Below are positions 9,991-19,639 of a DNA stretch of 64,000 nucleotides, one piece after another. The stretch covers positions 25,929-89,928 of the forward strand of contig CACEDQ010000001.1 of the NCBI GenBank assembly GCA_902558375.1. The letters run 5' to 3'. Both the position numbers and the translations under genes were made by a program. The stretch's first letter is position 1. Each line of letters begins with the position of its first letter. Source of the DNA: an uncultured SAR86 cluster bacterium. GTDB lineage: Bacteria; Pseudomonadota; Gammaproteobacteria; Magnimaribacterales; D2472. The notes under the pieces are model-generated. The model was not told the DNA's origin. It was given only the letters and a program-made list of their open reading frames with translations, and searched no databases.

Positions 9991-10503
9991 TTGAGCCAAG
10001 AATTAGTTACTTACATAGTTCTTGGCTCAAAATCTAGACTTCAGGGAATTAAGCTTCCTGCTAATAGTAAATTTGAAGAATATATATCCTTAGATTTTGA
10101 TTCAAAACATAAGATTCTAGAAAAATTAGACCAACTGATTACTGCTTCCCAAGGTGAATTAATAGTTCTATTGCCTCCATCATCTTATCCAAATAACCTA
10201 GCTAGAGAAGCTTTAAAGAAAATTGCTTTAATTGGTTTATCTTCATGGGGGTGGTTTGAATATAATTCAAAAAGAAAAAACTTAGTTCAAAATATTAAAA
10301 AAGTTAATACTCTAATAAGAAGTATCCCAGATTTGGAACAGGGTATTTATTTTACAAAAAGATTATATTTTTCTGTTGGCGGTTTTGGTTCTATAGAACC
10401 AAATATTTTTTCAGAAATATCAAAAAGACTATATTCTAGAATAGATCCACAAAAACCATTGCCAGCACTTATAATAAGAACAAAAAATCTTCAACTTGAT
10501 TAG
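9991..10503 (+). CDS. Hypothetical protein, degenerate GT2-like
   Basis: EQGIYFTKRLYFSVGGF resembles the GDQ..F..R..F..GGF motif of TIGR04283-type glycosyltransferases. Confidence 0.5.
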   Translation: MSQELVTYIVLGSKSRLQGIKLPANSKFEEYISLDFDSKHKILEKLDQLITASQGELIVLLPPSSYPNNLAREALKKIALIGLSSWGWFEYNSKRKNLVQNIKKVNTLIRSIPDLEQGIYFTKRLYFSVGGFGSIEPNIFSEISKRLYSRIDPQKPLPALIIRTKNLQLD

Positions 10504-10506
10504 ATT

Positions 10507-11073
10507 ATGAACGCCTTAGTTAAAGCACAAAATTTAAGCTACAAAATTAATGACAAGAAATTGTTTCAAGGCGTATCTTTTGAACTTTTAAAAGGAAAAG
10601 CATTACATATTCAAGGTGAAAATGGGTCAGGAAAAACCACACTTTTAAGAATGGTTTGCGGACTTACAAAACCTATAAAAGGCGATTTAATTACTCAGAC
10701 AGATAAAGAAGTATGTTTTATAGGACATAAAAACGCTATAAAACAATACCTGAATGTTGAAGACAATCTTGTATTAATGAATTTAAGCAATCATAAGGAT
10801 CTTCAAAAATATTTATCAGTATTTGATTTGGATAGATCTCTTGATATAAATATTGCAAATCTTTCATTCGGACAGCAAAAAAAAATTGCGCTCCTAAGAC
10901 TATTTCTTAATAGTTCAGATTTATTAATTCTAGATGAGCCCTGTGTTGGACTGGACATTAATTCACAAGAAATTTTAGTAGATTTTTTAAAAAAAGAACT
11001 TACTAATGGAAAGGGTATTATATATTCATCACATATATTTCTAGACTTTGATTCGGATAGTTTAGGTATTTAA
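10507..11073 (+). CDS. ccmA: Heme export ABC ATPase
   Basis: GENGSGKTT, IGHKNAIK, LSFGQ, LILDEP; first gene of the ccm cluster. Confidence 0.92.
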   Translation: MNALVKAQNLSYKINDKKLFQGVSFELLKGKALHIQGENGSGKTTLLRMVCGLTKPIKGDLITQTDKEVCFIGHKNAIKQYLNVEDNLVLMNLSNHKDLQKYLSVFDLDRSLDINIANLSFGQQKKIALLRLFLNSSDLLILDEPCVGLDINSQEILVDFLKKELTNGKGIIYSSHIFLDFDSDSLGI

Positions 11074-11076
11074 GTT

Positions 11077-11724
11077 ATGGAAATAATTAAATTTGAATTT
11101 CTAAAGCTATTAAAAAAATCCAGAGGTTGGCTTGGACCTATATTAGTTTTTATTTTAATAATGGTTGCTTATCCTTTAACCGTTGAAGTTTCTGATATTG
11201 AATTAAGCCAATCTTTTTTTTCAATACTATGGATTGCTGCTTTATTAGTAATAATGTTAGCTACAGAGGATATCTTTTTAGAAGATTTTAATGACGGAAC
11301 CTTGGAGCAATATGCAATATCACAAAAAAACTTATCATTAATAATTGGCGCCAAAATTTTTGTCTACTGGCTGGCAATTGGAGTACCAATATCTATGATA
11401 GGAACGATTTTTTGCGTTGGGACAACAAGTCAAACTGCTTTTGGTTATCAAATTCTTCCAGTTTTGTTAGTCTCAACTTATATTTTCATGAATGTCTTTA
11501 GTTTTGGAAATGCTTTAAGTTTAACCAAAGGTTCTGTTTTAGGAACTTTAGTAACATTGCCGTTACTTTTACCTTTATTAATTATTTTAGGAAAAGTTGT
11601 AGTTGCTATTAATTTTGATTTAAATTATTCAGGCTTCTTACTTCTACTTTTAGGTATCTTATCGATTATAATAATGATTATTCCAATGATAATTTCATAT
11701 ATTATTAGAGCGCATTTAGAATAA
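11077..11724 (+). CDS. ccmB: Heme exporter permease
   Basis: FLEDFNDGTLEQ motif; multiple TM helices. Confidence 0.92.
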   Translation: MEIIKFEFLKLLKKSRGWLGPILVFILIMVAYPLTVEVSDIELSQSFFSILWIAALLVIMLATEDIFLEDFNDGTLEQYAISQKNLSLIIGAKIFVYWLAIGVPISMIGTIFCVGTTSQTAFGYQILPVLLVSTYIFMNVFSFGNALSLTKGSVLGTLVTLPLLLPLLIILGKVVVAINFDLNYSGFLLLLLGILSIIIMIIPMIISYIIRAHLE

Positions 11725-11751
11725 TTATTTATCATTGAGAATCTATTTATT

Positions 11752-12483
11752 GTGATAAAAAAATTTATACATCAATTTGCTTCGCCAAAAACCTATATGT
11801 TTCAAGTAAACAGAGCATATCCTTATATTTTTTATTTATCACTAATAACATATCTTCTATCAATCTTTTGGGGACTATTTTTAACACCTGAGGATTTTGT
11901 GCAAGGTAACTCTTACAGAATAATCTATCTTCACGTCCCAGCATCATTTATTTCTCAATCCCTATATTTAGCAATGGCAATTGCAAGCGCTGTTTATCTT
12001 ATATGGAAAGTTAAGTTATCTGTTTATCTTGTAAGATCTATAGCACCAATTGGTGCAGTCACTACATTTATAGCTCTAATCTCAGGTTCAATCTGGGGTA
12101 TACCAACATGGGGCACTTGGTGGGTTTGGGATGCCAGAATTGTATCGACCTTAATCTTGTTTATTATGTATTTAGGTCTTATCTCTCTTCATGATTCTTT
12201 TAATAACAATGAAAAAGCTGATAAATTCTTATCAATACTTGTTTTAGTGGGCTCAGTTAACATACCGATAATAAAAATGTCTGTTGAATGGTGGAGCACC
12301 TTGCACCAACCAGCATCTATAACTTTATCTGAAAAACCAGCAATTGATCTGGTAATGCTTTATCCTTTATTTGGTTCAATTATTGGTTTTACTGGGTTGA
12401 TTACCTGTTTAGTAATACTTTCATCTAAACTGCAAATCATAAAAAGAGAGAAAAATAAATCCTGGGTAAAAGACTATGTTTAA
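11752..12483 (+). CDS. ccmC: Heme exporter protein C
   Basis: WWD motif WGIPTWGTWWVWDAR; HVP; TLHQ. Confidence 0.96.
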   Translation: MIKKFIHQFASPKTYMFQVNRAYPYIFYLSLITYLLSIFWGLFLTPEDFVQGNSYRIIYLHVPASFISQSLYLAMAIASAVYLIWKVKLSVYLVRSIAPIGAVTTFIALISGSIWGIPTWGTWWVWDARIVSTLILFIMYLGLISLHDSFNNNEKADKFLSILVLVGSVNIPIIKMSVEWWSTLHQPASITLSEKPAIDLVMLYPLFGSIIGFTGLITCLVILSSKLQIIKREKNKSWVKDYV

Positions 12484-12649
12484 TATTGAATTTAATTCAC
12501 TTGCAGAAGCGCTTTTAATGCAAAGCCAAAATGGTCAAAATCATGGCATATACGTTTGGTCCGTTGTCTTAATTGTTACATTATGCATTTCAATTTCTTT
12601 TATCTTTTACAAATATAAAATAAAAGAAATTTCTAAAAAAATTAAATGA
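12476..12649 (+). CDS. ccmD: Heme exporter protein D (57 aa, not in ORF track)
   Basis: MFNIEFNSLAEALLMQSQNGQNHGIYVWSVVLIV...; HG.YVW motif plus one TM helix; overlaps the ccmC stop and the ccmE start. Confidence 0.85.
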   Translation: MFNIEFNSLAEALLMQSQNGQNHGIYVWSVVLIVTLCISISFIFYKYKIKEISKKIK

Positions 12650-13050
12650 AAGCAGTTCGAAAAAAAAGACTACAAACAGTTTTACTAATTCTAGCTACAT
12701 CTGCGCTTGGATCTTTTTTTATTATTCGAGCCTTGGATTCAAATTTAGATTTTTTCTATACACCCTCAGAAATCTTTTTAGAGGAAATTCCAGAAAATAA
12801 AAGAATAAAAATTGGAGGTATGGTTTTAGAAAACTCAGTAATAAGAGAGAAAACTAAAATATCTTTTATTGTTTCAGACTTTCAAGGTTCAATTAATGTT
12901 GAATTTGATGGAATAGTGCCAGATTTGTTTAAAGAAGGCAGTGGTGTTGTTGTGTTGGGTTATTTAAAAGATAAAACCATAATTGCTGAGGAAGTGTTAG
13001 CAAAGCATGATGAAAACTATATGCCGCCAAGTATAGACATAGAAAAATAA
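12646..13050 (+). CDS. ccmE: Heme chaperone
   Basis: PDLFKEG, LAKHDENY. Confidence 0.96.
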   Translation: MKAVRKKRLQTVLLILATSALGSFFIIRALDSNLDFFYTPSEIFLEEIPENKRIKIGGMVLENSVIREKTKISFIVSDFQGSINVEFDGIVPDLFKEGSGVVVLGYLKDKTIIAEEVLAKHDENYMPPSIDIEK

Positions 13051-14945
13051 TGATCATAGAGGCAGCCCAATTTTTAACTATCCTTGCTACAGGATTATTT
13101 TTTTTATGTTTTATATTTTCTATTTTTTTTAATGTTAACGATGTAAATATTATTAAACTTATATCTAGAATATATTCTCATAGTTTTTTTCTATTTTTGT
13201 CCTCTTTTTTGATATACGTTTGGCTGGCAATAAATGATAATTTTAGTGTTCTATACATAGCTCAACACTCAAATACGAATCTGCCAGTTTTTTACAAAAT
13301 ATCTTCGATATGGAGTGCGCATGAGGGGTCGATGTTTCTCTGGATCATATTTCTTAGTTTGTGGGGAGCAATTTATAATTTTTCAGTTCATAACAACGAA
13401 CCACTTAAAGCAAGAACCGTTGGAGTAATATCCATAACAACTGTTGGTTTTTTATTGTTTTTACTACTAACGTCCAATCCATTTGAAACAATACTTCCTC
13501 TGCCTCCAGAAAATGGAGCTGATATCAATCCTGTGCTTCAAGACCCGTTGTTAGCAATTCACCCGCCAACACTTTATCTTGGTTACGTTGGTTTTGTAAT
13601 CGCATTTGGACAAGCAATAGCTTTTTTGATAGAGGGCAATTCTAGTATTAATTGGGAAAAACAGGTTAGATTTTGGTCAATAATTGCTTGGTCATTTTTA
13701 ACTTTAGGGATTACTTTAGGTAGCTGGTGGGCATATTATGAATTAGGATGGGGAGGGTATTGGTTTTGGGATCCGGTTGAAAACGTTGCCCTAATGCCCT
13801 GGTTAGCAGCAACAGCTTTTATTCATTCGCTAAGCGCATCATCAAAGTCATCAATCTTAAGAATTTGGACTATTTTATTGTCTATTTTAGTTTTTTCATT
13901 AAGTCTATTTGGAGCATTTATTGTAAGGTCAGGAATCATAGATAGTGTTCATTCTTTTGCAAACGATCCGGAGAGGGGCCTTTATTTGCTGGCTTTTATT
14001 GGGATATTAGTAATGACGTCTCTTATTTTATTTTCTTATAGACTTACAATATTGATTTCAAATAAAAGAATAGTTTCCTTATCAAAAGAATCTTTTATAT
14101 CAATTAATAATATTTTTTTTGGAACATTAATTTTTTCAACAATGCTTGGTGTAATGTATCCATTAATATATGAGTTTATTTATGATCAAAAAATAAGTGT
14201 AGGCGCACCATTTTACAATGCCATATTTGTTCCAATTACGCTCTTAGCATGCCTGTTTCTTCTTTTTTCTATTGAGTCTAAATGGCAAAGCAAACTTAAA
14301 TTTGCTTTTTTGAGTAACCCTCTAATAATTAGCTTTGTATTTTCTTTGTTTATTACTTTTTTATCATTTAAATTTTATTCTGTATCCAGAGCCTGGACGC
14401 TAGCTTCGTTATTCATTGGCTCACTAATAATTAGTAGATATATCATGGTAATTTATGCCTATATTTTTCATAGAAAATTTGTAAATATATATAGTGTTTT
14501 AGCCCATTTAGGACTTGGATTATTAATAATATCTATAGCCCTTAATAATGATTTTAGTTCAGAAAGAGCATTGAATATTAAAATCAATGAAACAGAAACT
14601 TATAAAAATCATGAGATTACATTTAACAATTTACAACTTTCAGAAGGCCCAAACTATGAATCTGTAAAAGCAGATTTCATAATAGAAAATAAAAACGGAA
14701 ATAAATTTTCTTTAAATCCTGAAAAAAGAAAATACTTCGTTAGAGGTCAAATCACAACTGAAACAGCAATACATGCATCCTTATTAAAAGATATATATTT
14801 AACAATTGGTGATCAACTAGATGATGGAAGTTGGATTGTAAATGTTCAGTTTAATTATTTTATAAGATGGATATGGTTTTCAGCCACATTAATGATTATT
14901 TCAGGTTTATTTTTAGCTAGGTCATTAAATAGAGTGCACTCATGA
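13050..14945 (+). CDS. ccmF: Cytochrome c heme lyase
   Basis: HEGS, HPP, WAYYELGWGGYWFWDPVEN, SVHSF. Confidence 0.97.
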   Translation: MIIEAAQFLTILATGLFFLCFIFSIFFNVNDVNIIKLISRIYSHSFFLFLSSFLIYVWLAINDNFSVLYIAQHSNTNLPVFYKISSIWSAHEGSMFLWIIFLSLWGAIYNFSVHNNEPLKARTVGVISITTVGFLLFLLLTSNPFETILPLPPENGADINPVLQDPLLAIHPPTLYLGYVGFVIAFGQAIAFLIEGNSSINWEKQVRFWSIIAWSFLTLGITLGSWWAYYELGWGGYWFWDPVENVALMPWLAATAFIHSLSASSKSSILRIWTILLSILVFSLSLFGAFIVRSGIIDSVHSFANDPERGLYLLAFIGILVMTSLILFSYRLTILISNKRIVSLSKESFISINNIFFGTLIFSTMLGVMYPLIYEFIYDQKISVGAPFYNAIFVPITLLACLFLLFSIESKWQSKLKFAFLSNPLIISFVFSLFITFLSFKFYSVSRAWTLASLFIGSLIISRYIMVIYAYIFHRKFVNIYSVLAHLGLGLLIISIALNNDFSSERALNIKINETETYKNHEITFNNLQLSEGPNYESVKADFIIENKNGNKFSLNPEKRKYFVRGQITTETAIHASLLKDIYLTIGDQLDDGSWIVNVQFNYFIRWIWFSATLMIISGLFLARSLNRVHS

Positions 14946-15472
14946 CAGTTTTTTTAAGAGTATTTATATTAAGCGTATCTCTGATGTTTTTTTACTTTTT
15001 TTATTTATATATTGAAGATGATAAATACTATCCAGGAGCAAGTTTTCAAACTTCAAATATGCCATTGTTTGAACTTGAAGATTTATATTCGGATGGCGTT
15101 ATAACAAATTCAGATATAGAAGGCGCACACTTAATTAACGTCTGGGCAAGCTGGTGCATTACATGCCGAATTGAGCATGGTTTTTTAGTAAAACTAAGCT
15201 CACAAGGTATTCCTATAATGGGGTTAAATTATAAAGACGAAAGAATTGATGCAATAAATTGGATTACAAAGTTTGGTGACCCTTATAAATTTATTATTCA
15301 TGATCTAAAAGGCGAATTAGCCTTAGATATGGGTGTCACTGGCGCACCTGAAACTTTTTTAATAAATAATGGAAAAATTATTGCTCATTACAGGGGTGAG
15401 GTAAATGAAATGATTTGGAGTGATGTTTTTTCTCCAATTATAAAAAAGGAGAACCTTTTTAATGACAATTAA
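14942..15472 (+). CDS. ccmG: Thiol:disulfide interchange protein
   Basis: NVWASWCITC, GVTGAPETF. Confidence 0.93.
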   Translation: MTVFLRVFILSVSLMFFYFFYLYIEDDKYYPGASFQTSNMPLFELEDLYSDGVITNSDIEGAHLINVWASWCITCRIEHGFLVKLSSQGIPIMGLNYKDERIDAINWITKFGDPYKFIIHDLKGELALDMGVTGAPETFLINNGKIIAHYRGEVNEMIWSDVFSPIIKKENLFNDN

Positions 15473-15839
15473 ATCGTTGTTATTTATATTTTTTATATCC
15501 TCAACAAATGTTTTGGGCGATTCTTTATATAATTTTGAAAATATAAAAGATGAGGAAAGGTTTTATAGTTTAATAAAAGAAATTAGATGTCCAAAATGTA
15601 CTAGTGGATCACTTGCAAGCTCTAATGCTCCGGTATCTGAGGATATCAAAAAGAAAATTATAGAATTAATTAAAGAAGGCAAAACTGATGATGAGATTAA
15701 GACTTTTCTGTCTGATAGGTTTGGAAATGAAGTCTTATACAATCCAGGATTGAATAGCAGTACGTATATTCTCTGGATTGCACCAGTATTATTTTTATTT
15801 ATTGCTTTGTTAATATTCTTTTTTAGAAGAAAGACATAA
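15462..15839 (+). CDS. ccmH: Cytochrome c biogenesis protein H
   Basis: IRCPKC, RFG..VLYNP, C-terminal TM helix. Confidence 0.93.
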   Translation: MTIKSLLFIFFISSTNVLGDSLYNFENIKDEERFYSLIKEIRCPKCTSGSLASSNAPVSEDIKKKIIELIKEGKTDDEIKTFLSDRFGNEVLYNPGLNSSTYILWIAPVLFLFIALLIFFFRRKT

Positions 15840-16618
15840 TGTTTTTTATATACTTCTTAGCTTTCTTTGCATTCATTCCAATCTTGGCATATCTGTTATC
15901 GCAAAATACAAACAATAAAGGATATATTTTTGGAATCTCTTTTTTAGTTGTTCTTGTTTGTTTATTTACTGTTGTTGGAAAATACTCATTCTTAGGCTCA
16001 ATTAAAAATCAAAAGATCAATTCAGAAATTCTTATGAATATTAACTTTAATAATAAAATTTCTGAAAATATTACAAGAGAATTTAATAACAATATTAGCA
16101 ATGAAGATAAAGTGTATTGGCTTCAAGGTTATATTAATAAAGCCATTGAAGACAGTAAATTCATTGCTGCTGAAAGCTTAATTTCTATCTCAGAGCAATA
16201 CTTTCAAACTACAGATGAAAAATTTATTTTTTATACCTTATACACAAAACTTAGAGACGCAAAATTCCCTGATTTTGCAAAGTCTAAATTAATTATAAAT
16301 CTTCATTCTCCACCAGAGTGCTCTAATTTTTTTGGTACAGCAGAAGTATTTATCATGAATGGTCCAAAAATACCCATAGCCTCAAAAAAATTCACGGATT
16401 CTTCTGAATTTGAGTTAGAAAATATTCATTCCTCCATTCCTGGTTTTGATTTGGCTTCTGCCTATCTAAATCAAGAAACTCTCGATTTAAAAGTATCATT
16501 AAACTGCCCTGCTACAGCCTCTATTTTTTATTCTGAAAACGCTTTGTTAATTGATAACAATCAGCCTGTAAATTCCTATAATATTAAGGCAAATGAATGG
16601 TTTAAAAGGGAACAATAG
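15839..16618 (+). CDS. Divergent CcmI/CycH-like protein
   Basis: Follows ccmH; two N-terminal TM helices; NGPKIPIA..IPGFDLAS resembles the CcmI C-terminal domain. Confidence 0.55.
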   Translation: MFFIYFLAFFAFIPILAYLLSQNTNNKGYIFGISFLVVLVCLFTVVGKYSFLGSIKNQKINSEILMNINFNNKISENITREFNNNISNEDKVYWLQGYINKAIEDSKFIAAESLISISEQYFQTTDEKFIFYTLYTKLRDAKFPDFAKSKLIINLHSPPECSNFFGTAEVFIMNGPKIPIASKKFTDSSEFELENIHSSIPGFDLASAYLNQETLDLKVSLNCPATASIFYSENALLIDNNQPVNSYNIKANEWFKREQ

Positions 16619-16651
16619 TTTAATATATCTCTAAGAAAAATATTCTCAATA

Positions 16652-19639
16652 ATGCAGCTTAAACATATAAAACTCGCAGGTTTTAAAAGTTTCGTAGATC
16701 CAACGAAGATATCTTTTCCTTCAAATTTAGTAGGCGTAGTCGGCCCTAATGGCTGTGGTAAATCAAACGTAATTGATGCCGTAAGATGGGTTTTAGGAGA
16801 GCTCTCTGCTAAAAATCTTCGTGGGGAGTCTATGGTAGACGTCATCTTCAATGGCTCAGAAAATAGAAAGCCATCAGGACAGTGCAGTATTGAATTACTT
16901 TTTGATAATTCTAGTGGAAAGATTGGTGGCGAATATACTTCCTATAATGAAATTTCCATCAAAAGATTAATGACAAGAGATGCACAGTCAACTTATTTTA
17001 TAAATAGCACAAAGTGTAGAAGAAAAGATGTTCAAGATATATTTCTAGGAACAGGTTTAGGACCAAGTTCTTATGCAATTATTGAACAAGGAATGGTCAG
17101 TAGGCTTGTAAGCGCAAAGCCAGAAGAGCTTAGAACCCATATTGAAGAGGCTGCTGGTGTCTCTAAATATAGAGAAAGAAGAAGAGAAACGGAAAGTCGA
17201 ATTAAGAAGACAAAAGAGAACCTATCAAGAGTTAAGGATATAAAGGATGAAATAGAAAGGCTTATTAGAAGGCTTGAAAATCAAGCTAAAGCTGCTGAGA
17301 AATATAACAAGTTAAAAGAAGAGGAGAATCAGAAACAGACTGATATAGCAATTCTTTATTCACTTGAAGCTAAAAACAATAAAGACAAACTCCAAAAGAA
17401 CTTAGAAGGCTTAAATAGAGATCTCAAAATAAAACAGGCCGAATCAGATTCAAAACAAGCACAAATCGATGATTATAGAACCCAGAATGAGTCTGTAATT
17501 AATGCTTATGAGGATGCTCAGAAAAATTTTTATACAATAGGTGCTGAAATAGCTAAGCATGAATCAGATCTTCATAACATCAATAAATCTGAAGCCACTA
17601 ATTTAGAAGCCCTTGAAAGAGCTCAAAAAAGTTACAAAGATGCTCTTCAAAAAGAGTCTGCATTTAAGGACTTAAGTCCAAAAGAAAAAGAATTAAAGCT
17701 AAATATTGCTATTGTTAAGGCTTTTGATGCTCTTGAGAAAAAAAATACAATCGGTGTATCAATTAAACCGCTCGAAGACCAAATAAACATCAAACAAAAT
17801 GAATTAGATTCGAAGCAGGATATTTTTGACGGTATTAAAGCTAATAAAGACAAAATCGTAAATGAGATAAAAGATATTCAAAAAAATCAATTTTCTATTG
17901 ATGCTGAAATTGCAAGAATCGAAGGCTCAATAAAAAATCTTAATAATTTAGCAGAAAATGCAAAATCAGATTTTGAAGAGGCTTCACGTAATTATGCAAA
18001 TGCTGTTGAAAAAGAGTCAAATAATGAACATTTAAGCCCTAAAGAAAAAGCAATACACTTACTAGATTCAATCACAGACTTACTTAAATCATTTGGATCA
18101 AGCGCAGATAAAGTGAATTCAAAATTATCTGAGCTGAAAGAACTCCTAATGAGCATATTAAAAATTGCTTCTGATCAATCAAAAAGCTTTACTGCAGAAT
18201 ATTTAAATCAAAAAAATAGAGCAGAAGAGGCTATTAACAAAGCTAAGGAAGATAAAAAAATTGCTGAAACTAAGCTTGAAGACCTTAACAGTCAAAGAAT
18301 CTCAATTGGTAATCAACTGGAATCACAGATTAATATTCAGACTAATATAGATAACCAATTGCAAGAAATGGATAGCAATAAATCTGTTGTATCAAATGAA
18401 CTTAGAAACCTTGAGAAAGAAATTAATGATTTAAGGCTTGAGCTAAGAACTCACGAAATTAATTTAGAAAATGCTTCAATGGTTTTAGAGAAAGCAGAGG
18501 TAAGTATTTCAGACCTTGATTCAGCACAATACAAGGGGATGGATTTAAAAGGGCTTGAGGTCTCTTTAGATGAAATACAAAAAAACATTGCTCAATTAGG
18601 TTCATTTAATTTAGCTGCTCCCGAGGAGTACTTGAGCAGAGAAAACGAATTAAAAAAATTAATTGAAGAAGCTGAAATAAGGAAGTCTGAAATTCAAGTA
18701 ATTATGGATGGCTTGGTAGAAAAGAGCTCTCAAGCAGAATCTGAATTAACAGCCATAAGGCAAAAACAATCTCAGTTTAATGAAAGCTTAAGAGACCTTG
18801 AAAATCAAAAAAATGTAGCTGAATTAGATCTTAAATCAATTGCAGAGAAAGTTACTAATCTGAGGTTGGATTTAAAAACCCATGAAATTAATTTAGATAA
18901 CGCAAATACTAAAATTAAAGAGGCTGGTTTAAATATTGAAAATATAGATTATTCAAAATATGAAGACATGGATCTTAATGTCCTCCAAGATTCACTTGCA
19001 GATATACAGGCAAAAATCATACGTCTAGGAGCTATCAACCTTGCAGCTCCAGAGGAAATAGCTGCTGAATCAAAAAGGAAAGAAGAGCTAGATGTTCAAT
19101 ACAACGATCTTACTGAAGCTCTTGAAAAACTTACAGGCGCCATAAAAACAATTGATCTTGAAACAAAAACAAGATTTCAAGATAGTTTTGATTCAATAAA
19201 CAAAAGAATGAAAGAGGTATTTTCAAAGTTATTTGGTGGTGGTTTCGCTGAACTTGCTCTTACTGAAAATGATGCACTAAATGCTGGTGTGGTAATTATG
19301 GCTAGACCTCCAGGAAAGAAAAATTCATCAATTTCTCAATTATCAGGGGGTGAAAAAGCTTTAACTGCTTTAGCTCTTGTTTTTGCAATTTTTGAACTCA
19401 ATCCTGCGCCTTTTTGTATTTTAGACGAAGTAGATGCTCCATTAGACGATTTAAATACTATGCGTTTTATAAATATGGTTGAGGAGATGTCAAAGACAGT
19501 TCAATTCATATTTATAACCCATAATAAAGTTTCTATGGAAAAAAGTGATCATTTAATGGGAGTTACAATGCAAGAAGCTGGTGTCTCTAGAATGGTTTCT
19601 GTTGACGTCAATCAAGCTCTAGAGTTTGCTGAAGTATGA
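16652..19639 (+). CDS. smc: Chromosome segregation ATPase SMC (atypical: no recognisable hinge, duplicated arm segments)
   Basis: GFKSF, GPNGCGKSN, IEQG, EEAAG, LSGGEK, LDEVDAPLD, ITHNK; upstream of zipA. Confidence 0.95.
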   Translation: MQLKHIKLAGFKSFVDPTKISFPSNLVGVVGPNGCGKSNVIDAVRWVLGELSAKNLRGESMVDVIFNGSENRKPSGQCSIELLFDNSSGKIGGEYTSYNEISIKRLMTRDAQSTYFINSTKCRRKDVQDIFLGTGLGPSSYAIIEQGMVSRLVSAKPEELRTHIEEAAGVSKYRERRRETESRIKKTKENLSRVKDIKDEIERLIRRLENQAKAAEKYNKLKEEENQKQTDIAILYSLEAKNNKDKLQKNLEGLNRDLKIKQAESDSKQAQIDDYRTQNESVINAYEDAQKNFYTIGAEIAKHESDLHNINKSEATNLEALERAQKSYKDALQKESAFKDLSPKEKELKLNIAIVKAFDALEKKNTIGVSIKPLEDQINIKQNELDSKQDIFDGIKANKDKIVNEIKDIQKNQFSIDAEIARIEGSIKNLNNLAENAKSDFEEASRNYANAVEKESNNEHLSPKEKAIHLLDSITDLLKSFGSSADKVNSKLSELKELLMSILKIASDQSKSFTAEYLNQKNRAEEAINKAKEDKKIAETKLEDLNSQRISIGNQLESQINIQTNIDNQLQEMDSNKSVVSNELRNLEKEINDLRLELRTHEINLENASMVLEKAEVSISDLDSAQYKGMDLKGLEVSLDEIQKNIAQLGSFNLAAPEEYLSRENELKKLIEEAEIRKSEIQVIMDGLVEKSSQAESELTAIRQKQSQFNESLRDLENQKNVAELDLKSIAEKVTNLRLDLKTHEINLDNANTKIKEAGLNIENIDYSKYEDMDLNVLQDSLADIQAKIIRLGAINLAAPEEIAAESKRKEELDVQYNDLTEALEKLTGAIKTIDLETKTRFQDSFDSINKRMKEVFSKLFGGGFAELALTENDALNAGVVIMARPPGKKNSSISQLSGGEKALTALALVFAIFELNPAPFCILDEVDAPLDDLNTMRFINMVEEMSKTVQFIFITHNKVSMEKSDHLMGVTMQEAGVSRMVSVDVNQALEFAEV
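17330..18049 (+). repeat. Two diverged tandem 360-nt (120 aa) units in the SMC N-terminal arm
   Basis: IAI at 17345/17705, IKQ.E.DSKQ at 17429/17789, LSPKEK at 17672/18032; each pair exactly 360 nt apart. Confidence 0.9.
18197..19054 (+). repeat. Two diverged tandem 429-nt (143 aa) units in the SMC C-terminal arm
   Basis: EYL at 18197/18626, HEINL at 18452/18881, NLAAPEE at 18608/19037; each pair exactly 429 nt apart. Confidence 0.92.

Noticed and set aside
16652-19639. SMC as RecN, Rad50/SbcC or Wadjet JetC
   Set aside because: Head motifs (GFKSF, EEAAG, LDEVDAPLD) and zipA linkage indicate canonical Smc ancestry; no CxxC hook or partner genes
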